A stretch of 64,000 bases of DNA, taken from contig OZ253545.1 in assembly GCA_965262615.1 (NCBI GenBank), forward strand, positions 544,001 through 608,000, in the 5' to 3' direction. The position numbers and the translations under genes are program-made. Below the pieces are notes generated by a model, which made no database searches, was not told the origin of the DNA, and saw nothing but the letters and a program-made list of their open reading frames with translations. This DNA comes from Alphaproteobacteria bacterium. GTDB taxonomy: Bacteria; Pseudomonadota; Alphaproteobacteria; GM7ARS4; G965262615. Shown here piece by piece: positions 1 through 12,547 of the stretch (its first letter is position 1; the number at the start of each line of letters is the position of its first letter).

Positions 1-732
1 CGGCAATTCAATTCCTGAAGATTGTTTTGTCTCACGAATGGCAAAGTGCTTAATTGAATTGAAGATGCCAGACAGAACATCGCTGTATTTTTCATCCGTT
101 TCATCATTTTTCATATCAGGCAAGTCCGTTTGTCTTTTGAATTGATCAAAAGAATCCCCTAATGCTTTGCCTCCATCCAGAAAATTGATTTGTGACCAAA
201 TATCATAGGGGCGATTGGCAACGGGCGTTCCTGTCATGATGATGCGCCGTTCAAAAGATGGCGCCATGTTCAAAAATACTTTGGTGATTTTGGAGTCAGG
301 ATTTTTGATTTTATGTGCCTCATCCAAAATCACACCGACACGACAGGTTTGCAAAAAAATCTTCAGCAATTCTTCATTGGCTGTCAAAACTTCATAATTC
401 ATCACATAGAGAAGCACAGGCGAATTGAGCAGCATGCTATTTTCTCTACGCTTTTGTGAAAGAATACTTGGCTTGATATGACAGTGAACCTGAGCCTCTT
501 CTCGCCAATTATGAACAAGAGATTTTTTTGTGACGATAAAAACCGTATCCACAATGTCCTTTGTGAGCCAAAAAAGAGTGAGATCCAAAGCAATCTTGGT
601 TTTTCCTAATCCTTGTTCATGAAAAACAGCCGCATAGGGCAAGTCTTGAATTGCTCGCAGTGCATCCAACTGATACGGAAAAGATTCCGTTTTGCCCATG
701 AAGCTGGGAGGCTTTTTCAAAACAAATGCCAT
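1..732 (-). CDS. SNF2/SWI2-family helicase/ATPase, N-terminal part (runs off window start)
   Basis: Not in the ORF track because it is truncated. Manual translation from ATG at 732: MAFVLKKPPSFMGKTESFPYQLDALRAIQDLPYAAVFHEQGLGKTK...TKKSLVHNW...MNYE...ILDEAHKIKNPDSK...MTGTPVANRPYDIWSQINFLD, giving the SNF2 Q-motif and motifs I, Ia, II (DEAH) and III (TGTP). The start overlaps the stop of the upstream ORF. Confidence 0.9.
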   Translation of the reverse strand, partial: MAFVLKKPPSFMGKTESFPYQLDALRAIQDLPYAAVFHEQGLGKTKIALDLTLFWLTKDIVDTVFIVTKKSLVHNWREEAQVHCHIKPSILSQKRRENSMLLNSPVLLYVMNYEVLTANEELLKIFLQTCRVGVILDEAHKIKNPDSKITKVFLNMAPSFERRIIMTGTPVANRPYDIWSQINFLDGGKALGDSFDQFKRQTDLPDMKNDETDEKYSDVLSGIFNSIKHFAIRETKQSSGIELP

Positions 733-1154
733 TTTATTTTTCCTCCTGCTTTTAAGAACCAAGCGTCACACTCATCAAAAACAATCATGTGGGTTCTTTT
801 TAATTTCATGTCGTCTCGTAATTTTTCTAGCACGAATTGCGTTTTTTCCAAGCACTCATAAGGCACAGACAACATCAATTGATTATCTTTACCTTTTTCA
901 AGGTAAGATAAAAAAGACTTGAATTGGCTGATACTATGACGACGCTCAATATCAAATGATGTCTTAGCCTCGCCAATGATAATCTGTTTTTTCGTTTCGG
1001 CGTATAGGTCAGGTCTGTGGCTACCGATAATGGGAGGTGTGGGGTCTCCCGGCTTTTCTTGAGCATCAACTACAGCCTTACTATCAGGAAAATTCTCATT
1101 GAGCCAAATTTCCATTTTTTTCACTAAGAGTCTGTGTTGCTCGCTTTCAGCCAT
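717..1154 (-). CDS. Small PD-(D/E)XK-like nuclease-fold protein (145 aa)
   Basis: N-terminal ESEQH..L helix followed by RPD...GEAK, the typical PD-(D/E)xK catalytic spacing. Lies between the ParB-like and SNF2 genes. Confidence 0.65.
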   Translation of the reverse strand: MAESEQHRLLVKKMEIWLNENFPDSKAVVDAQEKPGDPTPPIIGSHRPDLYAETKKQIIIGEAKTSFDIERRHSISQFKSFLSYLEKGKDNQLMLSVPYECLEKTQFVLEKLRDDMKLKRTHMIVFDECDAWFLKAGGKIKWHLF

Positions 1155-1173
1155 ATTGCAAGCTTAGCTATAA

Positions 1174-2199
1174 TTAATCCTTCCGCACCATCTGAAGAAG
1201 TGATTGCAAGTGGCTCAGTAAAGAATCCAAAACTCTCACTTCATCTTGTGCGTCTTCATTGCCAGCATCTTGTAGTCTTTGCACTTCAGAAAAAGACAGG
1301 GATGAAATTTTTTGCGACAGATTATCTGCCAATTGGCTTAATGACGCATTGCTCAAATTTTCATTGCCGGATTTTTGCTTTTCCTTCACTATGAGAAAAT
1401 CATTTGCTTCGCCGACCGAATTGATACCTCCTTTGAGGAATATATTTTTAGCCTCTGGGTCACGAAGGACTTTAGGTAAAATTCTCACATCCGCTAGGCG
1501 ATGAATCCAGCCATCGCGAATCCATTTTCCAAAATCTTCCAGCGAGTGACCGCTATCAAAGATAGCTTTCTTAACACCAGCCTTTTGCAATTCAACGAAG
1601 CCACTAAATCTATCTATGTGGAATTCATTGTCATTGACAGTGTTTTTATAAAATTCAATCATATCTTCATAAGCCTCTATCAAAATTTCAATTTCTCTTT
1701 TATTGCCGCCACAAAGAGCAACAATTTGATCGCGGCTCATAAAATTTTGATAATAGAGCTCATGCAAGTATTTTGCTTTTTCGTAAGCCGGCCAATCCCT
1801 CGGCGGCACCATGTGGGCAGCTATTCTGATGGTCTCAATACCAGCGCGGTCAATATTTTCTTTTACCTGTGCAGGTATTTTTCCCCAATGACCTGAAGCA
1901 TCATTTTTGAGAAATTCATGATAAATTGCCAAGCGTGTGTTTCCATCTATGCATTTGTACTCTCCATTTTCAATGACAACAATAATTGGCTGCTCGATTT
2001 TGCCGCCTGCTCTGATTGAATCTCTGAGCTTTGCAAAAGCTCCACTAGAGCCAGACTCACCTTCTCCAGCAGATCGCAAAGCAAAATAAATGCGTTCCGC
2101 CGTTATTTTGTCGCCATACTTCTCAAGTGCATTTTTGATGCGAGGATTCCCCGTATCGTATTCAATCTTATCAATATCAAGCAGCTGAATATCACTCAT
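1174..2199 (-). CDS. ParB/Srx-family N-terminal domain protein with HTH-like segment (341 aa)
   Basis: NPR...LRDSIRAGGKIEQPIIV...IDGNTRLA matches the ParB/Srx core, followed by WPAYEKAKYL..MSRDQIVALCG (HTH-like). No parA is adjacent. Confidence 0.8.
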   Translation of the reverse strand: MSDIQLLDIDKIEYDTGNPRIKNALEKYGDKITAERIYFALRSAGEGESGSSGAFAKLRDSIRAGGKIEQPIIVVIENGEYKCIDGNTRLAIYHEFLKNDASGHWGKIPAQVKENIDRAGIETIRIAAHMVPPRDWPAYEKAKYLHELYYQNFMSRDQIVALCGGNKREIEILIEAYEDMIEFYKNTVNDNEFHIDRFSGFVELQKAGVKKAIFDSGHSLEDFGKWIRDGWIHRLADVRILPKVLRDPEAKNIFLKGGINSVGEANDFLIVKEKQKSGNENLSNASLSQLADNLSQKISSLSFSEVQRLQDAGNEDAQDEVRVLDSLLSHLQSLLQMVRKD

Positions 2200-2218
2200 T
2201 GCTCACATCCGTCGGGCA

Positions 2219-2246
2219 ATTATACCATAAGTGGATTGATTCACAA
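2219..2246 (-). promoter_or_regulatory. Putative sigma70 promoter for the ParB-nuclease-SNF2 operon
   Basis: Minus strand TTGTGA-N16-TATAAT with extended -10 (TGgTATAAT), about 20 bp upstream of the ATG at 2199. Confidence 0.55.
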
Positions 2247-2343
2247 AAGCCTATGGAGAAAAATTTATCCGATTATCATCGTGGGACACAACCTCTTGCC
2301 TTTTCAGAAAAGTTAGGTATTATAGGGGCTTGCAAGTCATTAC

Positions 2344-2432
2344 TGGCGGATGGGGCGGGATTCGAACCCGCGAGGAGCAAAACCCCTGCCGGTTTTCAAG
2401 ACCGGTGCATTCGACCACTCTGCCACCCATCC
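2344..2432 (-). tRNA. tRNA-Ser(TGA)
   Basis: Reverse complement GGATGGGTGGCAGAGTGGTCGAATGCACCGGTCTTGAAAACCGG...GGTTCGAATCCCGCCCCATCCGCCA has a long variable arm, anticodon TGA and an encoded CCA. Confidence 0.95.
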
Positions 2433-2484
2433 AAAAACAACTCTAGCAGAGTGCAGCCCGCCTGTCTCTTAATTTGATGAGTAA

Positions 2485-4935
<2,451 letters not shown>

Positions 4936-4950
4936 GAATGGAAGAGTCGG

Positions 4951-6942
4951 ATGCATCATCCCTCGCCTTTTGACTCCTCGCCGTTTGCTCCTCCCTTTCC
5001 GCCCAAACGTTCGTTGTTCATGATGGCGATTGTGATGATGGTGCGCTTGGCGGCGGCATTGGCGGTGGTGGTGCTGGCGGTGGTGTTGTGGTACGGACGA
5101 GATTTGCCGAGGGTGGGAGAATCGGTGCATCCTGTGACTGCACCAAGCATCACTTTTTTAGACCGAGCGGGAAAAATTATGGCGGTGCGCGGGGCTTTTC
5201 GCGGTGAGGAGGTCTCTTGGGAGGAACTGCCACAGCACTTGATTGATGCCATTATTGTCACTGAAGACAGGCGGTTTTTCTCCCATCATGGTTTTGATGT
5301 GCGCTCCATTGTGCGTGCCGGATGGAGCAATATACGCTCCTTGCAGGTCAAGGAGGGCGGCAGCACCATCACACAGCAGCTGGCAAAGAATCTTTTTTTG
5401 ACTCCGCAGCGCACACTCAAGCGCAAGGTGCAGGAATTGTTGCTGAGCATTGCTCTTGAGTTTAGATACGACAAAAAGGAGATTTTCACGGCATATGTGA
5501 ATCGCGTTTATTTCGGTGCGGGAGCATGGGGCATTGGAGCGGCGGCGCGCATTTATTTTGGCAAGGATGTGGCATTGCTCAACATTTATGAATCGGCTCT
5601 GCTGGCAGGATTGTTGCGCGCGCCGTCACGCTATGCTCCCATCCATGCACCCCAAGAGGCACATGGCAGGGCGCGGCGCGTGCTGCTCAATATGGTGGAT
5701 GGCGGCATGATCAGTTTGGATGAAGCTCAATTTCTTTTGTCGCAAGGCGATAGTGAGCTGCATCAGCGAGAGCATCTGTTTGCCTCGCACTATTTTATTG
5801 ATTGGTTGATGCCTGAGGTTCAGGCGTTTGTGGATAAAGTCCAGCGCAATGTGATTGTGGAGACCACATTGGATATGGATTGGCAACAGAACAGCTCTCA
5901 ATTGGTGGGGGAATTGATTGAGCGAGAAGGCGAGCCGTTGTTGTTGGAACAAGCGGCGGTGCTGGTGATGAATCTATCGGGAGCGGTGCGGGTGATGGTG
6001 GGAGGCAAGGATTATTTAGCCAATCGTTACAATCGTGCCACCCGAGCATTGCGGCAACCGGGGTCGGCATTCAAATTATTTGTCTATTTGGCGGCACTGG
6101 AGGAGGGGCGCGCGCTGGATTCGTGGATGGAAGATCAAGCCATTGATATTGATGGGTGGCGACCGCGCAATTTTGATGAAGACTATCATGGAACGGTGTC
6201 GCTGGCATCGGCGTTTGCTCAGTCTCTTAACACGGTGGCGGTGCAGTTGAGCGAGGAGATGGGACGACAAAAAGTCATTGATATGGCATTGCGTTTTGGC
6301 ATTGAGGGGGTCGTGCCCAACACGCCGTCGGTTGCATTGGGGACGGCGAATATTAATTTGCTCTCTCTCACCAGTGCCTATGGCATGATTGCCCGCGGCG
6401 GCACGACTCTTCACGCCTATGGCATTGTCCGCATGACCGATGAACAAGGAGCTGTGCTCTATGAGCATCCGTCCGGGCAAGAGCAGGTGTCGCTGATTGA
6501 TGACAAAGCCGCCGAGACAATGACCGCCATGATGCGTTATGCCATGATACGAGGAACAGGGCGCGGGGCGTATCTGGAAAAACGCCCCGCAGCAGGCAAG
6601 ACAGGGACAAGTCAAAATTTTCGTGATGCATGGTTTGTGGGTTTTACGGCGAACTATGTGGCGGGTGTCTGGGTGGGCAACGATGACGAATCGGCAATGG
6701 CGGAAGTGACGGGCGGGTCTGTTCCCGCTCAATTGTGGCGGCAGGTGATGCTGCCCTTGCATGAATCTCTTCCCGTCACGCCGTTGGCGGGCGATGAGCT
6801 GGTGCGCTTGTTTCAAAGTATGGAAGCTTCTCCCCCTCCTGCAACACAAAGTGTGGGTTCTGGCGAGGAAGATGGCCAGGGTGATGGAGAGAGTGGTGGA
6901 GAGATTGAGACTCTGTTGCGCCGTCTGAATTTACTGGAATGA
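4951..6942 (+). CDS. Penicillin-binding protein 1A family (transglycosylase/transpeptidase)
   Basis: N-terminal TM segment; EDRRFFSH, GGSTITQQLAKN, RKVQE (transglycosylase); SAFK, SLN, KTG (transpeptidase). Confidence 0.93.
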   Translation: MHHPSPFDSSPFAPPFPPKRSLFMMAIVMMVRLAAALAVVVLAVVLWYGRDLPRVGESVHPVTAPSITFLDRAGKIMAVRGAFRGEEVSWEELPQHLIDAIIVTEDRRFFSHHGFDVRSIVRAGWSNIRSLQVKEGGSTITQQLAKNLFLTPQRTLKRKVQELLLSIALEFRYDKKEIFTAYVNRVYFGAGAWGIGAAARIYFGKDVALLNIYESALLAGLLRAPSRYAPIHAPQEAHGRARRVLLNMVDGGMISLDEAQFLLSQGDSELHQREHLFASHYFIDWLMPEVQAFVDKVQRNVIVETTLDMDWQQNSSQLVGELIEREGEPLLLEQAAVLVMNLSGAVRVMVGGKDYLANRYNRATRALRQPGSAFKLFVYLAALEEGRALDSWMEDQAIDIDGWRPRNFDEDYHGTVSLASAFAQSLNTVAVQLSEEMGRQKVIDMALRFGIEGVVPNTPSVALGTANINLLSLTSAYGMIARGGTTLHAYGIVRMTDEQGAVLYEHPSGQEQVSLIDDKAAETMTAMMRYAMIRGTGRGAYLEKRPAAGKTGTSQNFRDAWFVGFTANYVAGVWVGNDDESAMAEVTGGSVPAQLWRQVMLPLHESLPVTPLAGDELVRLFQSMEASPPPATQSVGSGEEDGQGDGESGGEIETLLRRLNLLE

Positions 6943-7705
6943 CTTCTTGACGATGATTAATGACTTCCCCAACAATCACCAGTGATGGCGGCGTGAGGTC
7001 AGCCGCACGCCGCGCCAACCGATTGAGCGGTGCAATAATAACCTTTTGCTGAGGTGTGGTGGCATGGGCAATGACCGCCGCGGGCTCATCAGGGTCTCTG
7101 CCGTTCTCAATGAGCAAATCACAGATGCGAGTCAATTTAGACAGTGCCATGAAGAACACCAGCACAGGAGAGGCGCGCGCAATGATATGCCAATCCAATT
7201 GCTGAGGAATATCGCCGCTTTTGTCGTGTCCGGTGATCATCATCACGGAGGCATTGACAAGGCGATGCGTCAGAGGAATTCCTGCGTATGAACACGCCGC
7301 CGTCACAGAAGAGATCCCCGGAATGATGCGTGTGGGAATGGCGTGGTGAGCCAATGCGGTGAGTTCTTCGCCACTGCGAGCGAACACGAGGGGGTCGCCT
7401 CCCTTGAGACGCAAGACTCTTTTGCCCGCCTTGGCTTCAGCAATGAGGCATTGATTGATGGATTCCTGTGTTGGCACACACCGTGCGCCGCGCCGTTTGC
7501 CCACAAAAATCGTCTCGGCATCAGGATGAATAAACTGAAGCAATTGGGTGTTGACCAAGCTGTCATAAAGAACAGTATCGGCGCGCCGCAGAGCATCCAT
7601 GAGATGAAGGGTGATGAGTCCCATGTCCCCAGTGCCTGCGCCGCCAATCCAGACACTGCCCGCGGCAAAAGGCGGACAAAAGGAAGAAAAATCAGGCTGT
7701 GTCAT
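6776..7705 (-). CDS. cobA: Uroporphyrinogen-III C-methyltransferase
   Basis: [44 protein letters not shown]. The C-terminal tail overlaps the PBP gene. Confidence 0.9.
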   Translation of the reverse strand: MTQPDFSSFCPPFAAGSVWIGGAGTGDMGLITLHLMDALRRADTVLYDSLVNTQLLQFIHPDAETIFVGKRRGARCVPTQESINQCLIAEAKAGKRVLRLKGGDPLVFARSGEELTALAHHAIPTRIIPGISSVTAACSYAGIPLTHRLVNASVMMITGHDKSGDIPQQLDWHIIARASPVLVFFMALSKLTRICDLLIENGRDPDEPAAVIAHATTPQQKVIIAPLNRLARRAADLTPPSLVIVGEVINHRQEVIPVNSDGATESQSLHHSLHHPGHLPRQNPHFVLQEGEKLPYFETSAPAHRPPTA

Positions 7706-9494
7706 GATTCATGAGGAACAGCTGTTCCATTTGTTCAAGGAGCGTCTCCCCCAGCTGGGTGGCATCGGAGATGGTGACTGCATGGCGATAGTATTTGGAC
7801 ACATCATGCCCAATGCCAATGGCTTTGAGCTCAATGGGGGTGTGATTTTCAATATGATGCACCACCGCCGCCAGATGATCTTCCAAGAGATTGCCATGAT
7901 TGGCGGAGAAGGTGGAGTCATCCACAGGTGCGCCATCGGAGATGACCAGCAGGATGCGTCTGTCCTCAAATCGCCGCAGCAGGCGTTGGCATGCCCACAA
8001 TAGAGCTTCGCCATCAATGTTTTCTTTGAGCAGTCCCTCTTTGAGCATTAATCCCAGTCGTTGTCTGCCGTGACGCATGGGGGTGTCGCCATCTTTATAG
8101 ATGATGTGCAGCAGTTCATTGAGGCGACCCGGATTTTGAGGTTTGCCGTCACTGGTCCACAGTTCTCTGAGTCGTCCGCCTTTCCAAGCGTTGGTGGTAA
8201 AGCCGCAGATTTCGCTTTTGACACCGCATCGCTCCAGAGTGCACGCGAGAATGTCGGCACACATGGCTGCCAAAGCGATGGGGCGACCCCGCATAGAGCC
8301 CGAATTGTCAATGAGCAATGTCACAACCGTGTGACGCACTGAGGCGCGCTGTTCCTGTCGCCACGGTGTTGGATACAGAGGATTGGCAATCACGCGGGCG
8401 AGGCGCGAGCCATCAAGAAATCCCTCTTCGCAATCAAGCCGCCAGTTTTGTTTGTTTTTGGCGAGCAATCGTCTTTGCAGACGTTTTGCAAGACGCACCA
8501 CAACGGCGCGATAGGGAGCGATTTGCTCGTCCAATGATTGCCGCAGATGACGCAGCTCCTCATGGCTTGCCAGTTCCATAGGGGTGCAGGTGGAGTCGTA
8601 ATGCCTGCTGTAGGGGCGATAGCGGTGAAATATGTGCTGACTTTCATCATGGGTGTCATGAGGCGACAACAGAGGATGACGCGCCTCTTCCTGATGAGGC
8701 ATGGGAATCCAGTGATTTTTTTTCTTGGGTTGCTTTTGCGTGAGACGAGATTCATCCCCATCGGATTCGGCGGCGGTGAGGGAGGCTGTATCGTCACCAA
8801 GTGAGTCCTCTTCCGAAGGAGCGGGCGGCGCATCTGTCTCATCATCTGCTGGGGGCGGCTGTGTTTCTTGAACCTGATCATGCCAGAGGGTGAGCCACTG
8901 CTGGCAGGCGTGGGCAAAGCGGCCTTGGTCATGAACGAGAGGAAGCAATGATTCCATGACGGGAGCAAAAAAATTCATCAGCACATGATTTTTTTCCGTG
9001 ACAATGCGCCGATGGTGAGGGTGAGCCTTGCCCGCCGCCGCCAGCAACAAAAAACGCAAACGCAAAGCATCATTGTCAGATGCGTGGCGACTCATCTCGC
9101 TCAGACGCGCCTGCAAATTGGCTTCCAAGCCTTTCATGTCTTGTGTGCCGCACAAAAACAGACGGGTCTCCTCAAGGGCATCATAGCCCTGTGCCAGTGA
9201 CGAATGGTGCGGACGATATTGCTGGTGAATGGTACTGTCATGAAAACGCAGTGCCAATGCAATGGCATCCCCTTGTCCTCTTAGATGGACGCGTTGCTTG
9301 GGCGACAGCGATGAGTCGTCAAGCCATTGTTGCTTGCTTTGGGTGATGCAAATTCTGTGCGGCGATTCCAGTGGGTCGGCGGGGGACTCCTCATAGCGAC
9401 AGGAAACATCGGCAGACGATGCGCCAATCGCTTGCGTCACTTTGACCAGATGCTCGCAAAATAATTCTTTAGGATGGCGCATAATCGTTGCCAC
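7692..9494 (-). CDS. cobT: Cobaltochelatase subunit CobT
   Basis: vWA domain [40 protein letters not shown]; follows cobS. Confidence 0.92.
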   Translation of the reverse strand: MATIMRHPKELFCEHLVKVTQAIGASSADVSCRYEESPADPLESPHRICITQSKQQWLDDSSLSPKQRVHLRGQGDAIALALRFHDSTIHQQYRPHHSSLAQGYDALEETRLFLCGTQDMKGLEANLQARLSEMSRHASDNDALRLRFLLLAAAGKAHPHHRRIVTEKNHVLMNFFAPVMESLLPLVHDQGRFAHACQQWLTLWHDQVQETQPPPADDETDAPPAPSEEDSLGDDTASLTAAESDGDESRLTQKQPKKKNHWIPMPHQEEARHPLLSPHDTHDESQHIFHRYRPYSRHYDSTCTPMELASHEELRHLRQSLDEQIAPYRAVVVRLAKRLQRRLLAKNKQNWRLDCEEGFLDGSRLARVIANPLYPTPWRQEQRASVRHTVVTLLIDNSGSMRGRPIALAAMCADILACTLERCGVKSEICGFTTNAWKGGRLRELWTSDGKPQNPGRLNELLHIIYKDGDTPMRHGRQRLGLMLKEGLLKENIDGEALLWACQRLLRRFEDRRILLVISDGAPVDDSTFSANHGNLLEDHLAAVVHHIENHTPIELKAIGIGHDVSKYYRHAVTISDATQLGETLLEQMEQLFLMNHDTA

Positions 9495-10449
9495 CGTCCA
9501 TCAAAGACTCATTGAAACAGCGTTGATAACATTCATTGAGCAGGGGGTGTTCGCTCTCATCACTGCGATTGAAAAAAGACAGGCGAAAGGCAAACGCCGT
9601 GTCGGCGAAAATATCATGATTTTTCACCCAGCTCATCACGGTGCGCGGGGACATCACGGTGGAGAGATTCCCTTTGGCAAAACTGGTGCGGGTGAGATTG
9701 GCGAGCGTCACCATGTGTGCCAACAATTGTCGTCCTTTTTGATTGTTGTGATGAGGGTAGAGTGCCAGCAAAATGGCGATTTCTTCCTCTTTTGGAAGAT
9801 AATTAAGCGTCACCACGCTGTTCCAGCGATCCAGCTGTCCCTGATTGAGCTGCTGCGTGCCGTGATACAAACCACTGCTATCGCCCAAGCCGATGGTGTT
9901 GGCGGTGGCAAACAGACGAAAAGACGGATGAGGTGTCAGCACCTGTTTTTGCTCAAGGAGCGTGAGTTTGCCATCGTGTTCCAGCACTCGTTGCAACAGA
10001 AACATCACATCGGGGCGAGCGGCATCATATTCGTCAAACACCAGAGCCATCGGGCGCGTCAGTGCCCAGGGCAAAATGCCCATAGAAAATTCCGTCACTT
10101 GTTTGTTGTCATGGAGAACGATGGCATCCTTGCCGATGAGATCCATGCGGGTGATGTGTCCATCCAAATTGATTCGCACGCAAGGCCAACGCAAGCGCGC
10201 CGCGACTTGCTCAATATGGGTGGATTTGCCCGTGCCGTGATAGCCCTGAATGAGCGTGCGTTGGTTATGAGCAAAGCCCGCACAGATGGCAAGAGTCGTT
10301 TCTCGCTGAAAGCGGTAATGAGGGTCAATGGACGGAACATGTGCCATCAATTCGGTAAAGGCAGGACACTGCATGTCGGTGTCTATGCCGAATTGCTGTC
10401 TGACCGAAATGCTGATGTCGGGCTGGGTGGTTTGTGGCTCGGCGGGCAT
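9469..10449 (-). CDS. cobS: Cobaltochelatase subunit CobS (AAA+)
   Basis: [44 protein letters not shown]. Confidence 0.95.
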   Translation of the reverse strand: MPAEPQTTQPDISISVRQQFGIDTDMQCPAFTELMAHVPSIDPHYRFQRETTLAICAGFAHNQRTLIQGYHGTGKSTHIEQVAARLRWPCVRINLDGHITRMDLIGKDAIVLHDNKQVTEFSMGILPWALTRPMALVFDEYDAARPDVMFLLQRVLEHDGKLTLLEQKQVLTPHPSFRLFATANTIGLGDSSGLYHGTQQLNQGQLDRWNSVVTLNYLPKEEEIAILLALYPHHNNQKGRQLLAHMVTLANLTRTSFAKGNLSTVMSPRTVMSWVKNHDIFADTAFAFRLSFFNRSDESEHPLLNECYQRCFNESLMDGGNDYAPS

Positions 10450-10452
10450 GGC

Positions 10453-10950
10453 TCACTTCCTGATTCCATAATCCACAAAGTGCAGAAGATGACGATAGGC
10501 ATCATTGATGGCACTCATGCGGCGCGCTTTTTTCTCGTCTCCGTGATTGGCATCAGGGTGATGCAGCTTCACAAGGTGACGGTAGCGTCTTTTGACATCA
10601 ATTTTTTCACAAGAGGGAGAAAGAGAAAACAGCGACAGGGCTTGGCGGGTCTTTGGCGGCAATGGCAAAGGTTCTTGGAAATCCAGAGCGTCATCAATCC
10701 TCATATACGGCGACACGCGATGCGTGCCAAAACGCCATGTGGGACGCATCCCCACCAAAGCATCCCGCTGAAAGCGTCTGATAAAGCCTTCACTGCAGCC
10801 GGCAAAATAGTTCCACTGTTTGTTATAAAGGCGCACATGTTTATAGCAGAACCAATGATAATCATGCGCGGCGCGACTCTTGGGCGCAGGATAATGAGCC
10901 TCTTCATTGCATCCCTCGTAGTCACACATGCGTGGCGGCGTTTTATTCAT
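10453..10950 (-). CDS. J-domain (DnaJ-like) protein
   Basis: C-x4-C...APKSR...WFC..HVRLYNKQWNYF N-terminus and C-terminal J domain with HHPD; this gene typically sits upstream of cobS in Alphaproteobacteria. Confidence 0.85.
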   Translation of the reverse strand: MNKTPPRMCDYEGCNEEAHYPAPKSRAAHDYHWFCYKHVRLYNKQWNYFAGCSEGFIRRFQRDALVGMRPTWRFGTHRVSPYMRIDDALDFQEPLPLPPKTRQALSLFSLSPSCEKIDVKRRYRHLVKLHHPDANHGDEKKARRMSAINDAYRHLLHFVDYGIRK

Positions 10951-10992
10951 GCCAGCTAGTATGGTGTGTGTCGCCGTCAGACGCAAGACGGC

Positions 10993-11580
10993 TTAAGGAT
11001 ACAGATGGGTGCGTTGCCACTGAGTGTGGCTGATGTCATCACGGCAAAAAAGGAGTCGCTCATGAAGGCGTCCGTCTCGTCTGTGCCAGAATTCCATGCT
11101 GAGAGGTTCAAGACGAAAGCCGCTCCAGTGGTCAGGGCGAGGCACATCATGTCCGTGAAATTTTTTTTGCATGTGCTGCAATCGCCTCTCCAGTGTGGCG
11201 GGCGCATCAAGGGGTGCCGATTGCTTTGATGCCCACGCCCCCAACTGACTCAAACGATGACGGCTGGCAAAATAAGCGTTGGCTTCCTCAGAATCAACAG
11301 GCTTGACAGTGCCCTCCATGCGAATTTGCACATCAAGAGGATGCCAATAACAACACAAAGCCGCTTGGGGATTGTGAGCAATGTCTTGCGCCTTGCGGCT
11401 GGCAAGATTGGTGTAGAAGACAAAGCCGCGCCCATCCATTTGTTTGAGCAAAATCATGCGCACCGAGACTTTGCCGTGAGCATCACTGGTGGCAAGGGCG
11501 GCGGCGGTGGCATCCATGCCCTCTTGCTTTTGAGCTTGGGCAAAATAGTGAGCAAAGAGAGCAAAGGGGTCGGTGGTCAT
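10993..11580 (-). CDS. pdxH: Pyridoxamine 5'-phosphate oxidase
   Basis: RMILLK, FYTNLASRK, GAWASKQS, EFWHRRDGRLHER. Confidence 0.93.
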   Translation of the reverse strand: MTTDPFALFAHYFAQAQKQEGMDATAAALATSDAHGKVSVRMILLKQMDGRGFVFYTNLASRKAQDIAHNPQAALCCYWHPLDVQIRMEGTVKPVDSEEANAYFASRHRLSQLGAWASKQSAPLDAPATLERRLQHMQKKFHGHDVPRPDHWSGFRLEPLSMEFWHRRDGRLHERLLFCRDDISHTQWQRTHLYP

Positions 11581-11581
11581 G

Positions 11582-12547
11582 TCACCAGCGCACCAAAGCC
11601 GCCCCCCATGTCAAGCCGCCGCCGATGGCATTGAGCAGCAACACATCGCCCTTGTGCAAGCGTCCTTCTTCTTGCCACAGTGCCAACGCCAGAGGAATGG
11701 ATGCCGATGAGGTATTGGCATGACGATCCACTGTCACCACAAGCTTTTGGCGATCAATGGACAATTGGTCTGCCACCTTATCCATGATGCGCTTGTTGGC
11801 TTGATGGGGAATGAGCCAGGTCACCTCATCAGCGTCACGAGAGGCATCGCGCAGCACCTGCTGGCTGGATTGAGTCAGATAGGTGACCGCTTTGCGATAA
11901 ATCTCCTTGCCGTTCATGCACAGATGTCCTGCTTGTCCAGTGGTGGAGGGACCGCCATTCACATACAGGGCATCATAGTCGCCGCCGTCACTATAGAGAC
12001 GAATGCGTTCTATTCCCGCATCCCCATTGGTTTTCTCCAGCACCGCTGCGCCCGCACCATCACCGAACAGGACGGCGGTGCTGCGATCATTCCAATTCAG
12101 AATACGGCTATAGCTTTCTGCGCCAATGACCAACGCGCGCTCTATGGAAGGCATGGCGGGATTTTTCATCATGGAATCGGCAACCGCCAAACCATAGAGA
12201 AAGCCCGAACAAACCGCTTGCACATCAAAAGCAAACGCCGAGCTGCCCAGACGATGCTGCACCTTTGTCGCTGTCGCGGGAAAGGTGTTGTCAGGCGTGG
12301 AGGTCGCCACAATGATGGCATCAATGTCACTGCCTGTGAGGGATGCTCGTTGCAGAGCTTGCATCGCTGCATGATATGCCATGTCTGAGGTGTATTCGTC
12401 ATCGGCGGCGATGTGACGCTGGCGGATGCCACTGCGATCTCGAATCCATTGGTCGTTGGTGTCCATGATGGCACTGAGGTCATCATTGGTCATGATGCGC
12501 TTGGGCACATAGGAGCCGCACGCAACCATGCGGATTGCCACAGTCAT
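11582..12547 (-). CDS. fabH: 3-oxoacyl-ACP synthase III
   Basis: QAVCSGF, FGDGAGA, PHQAN, ANTSSASIP, GGGLTWG. Confidence 0.95.
   Translation of the reverse strand: MTVAIRMVACGSYVPKRIMTNDDLSAIMDTNDQWIRDRSGIRQRHIAADDEYTSDMAYHAAMQALQRASLTGSDIDAIIVATSTPDNTFPATATKVQHRLGSSAFAFDVQAVCSGFLYGLAVADSMMKNPAMPSIERALVIGAESYSRILNWNDRSTAVLFGDGAGAAVLEKTNGDAGIERIRLYSDGGDYDALYVNGGPSTTGQAGHLCMNGKEIYRKAVTYLTQSSQQVLRDASRDADEVTWLIPHQANKRIMDKVADQLSIDRQKLVVTVDRHANTSSASIPLALALWQEEGRLHKGDVLLLNAIGGGLTWGAALVRW

Noticed and set aside
1174-2199. Chromosomal partition protein ParB / oriC region near gyrB
   Set aside because: No parA, gidAB, dnaA or parS palindrome is seen. The box II-like motif is DGNTR rather than the canonical AGERR, and the gene is AT-rich and coupled to nuclease/helicase genes.
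6776-10449. cobA-cobT-cobS without cobN as a novel system
   Set aside because: cobS-cobT unlinked from cobN, next to a J-domain gene, is a common alphaproteobacterial arrangement.
9442-10959. 505-aa plus-strand ORF and other long antisense ORFs (e.g. 33439..34329, 52088..53002, 62147..63112)
   Set aside because: These are shadow frames antisense to well-supported genes (cobS/J-domain, pntA, leuC, acnA) and have no recognisable motifs.
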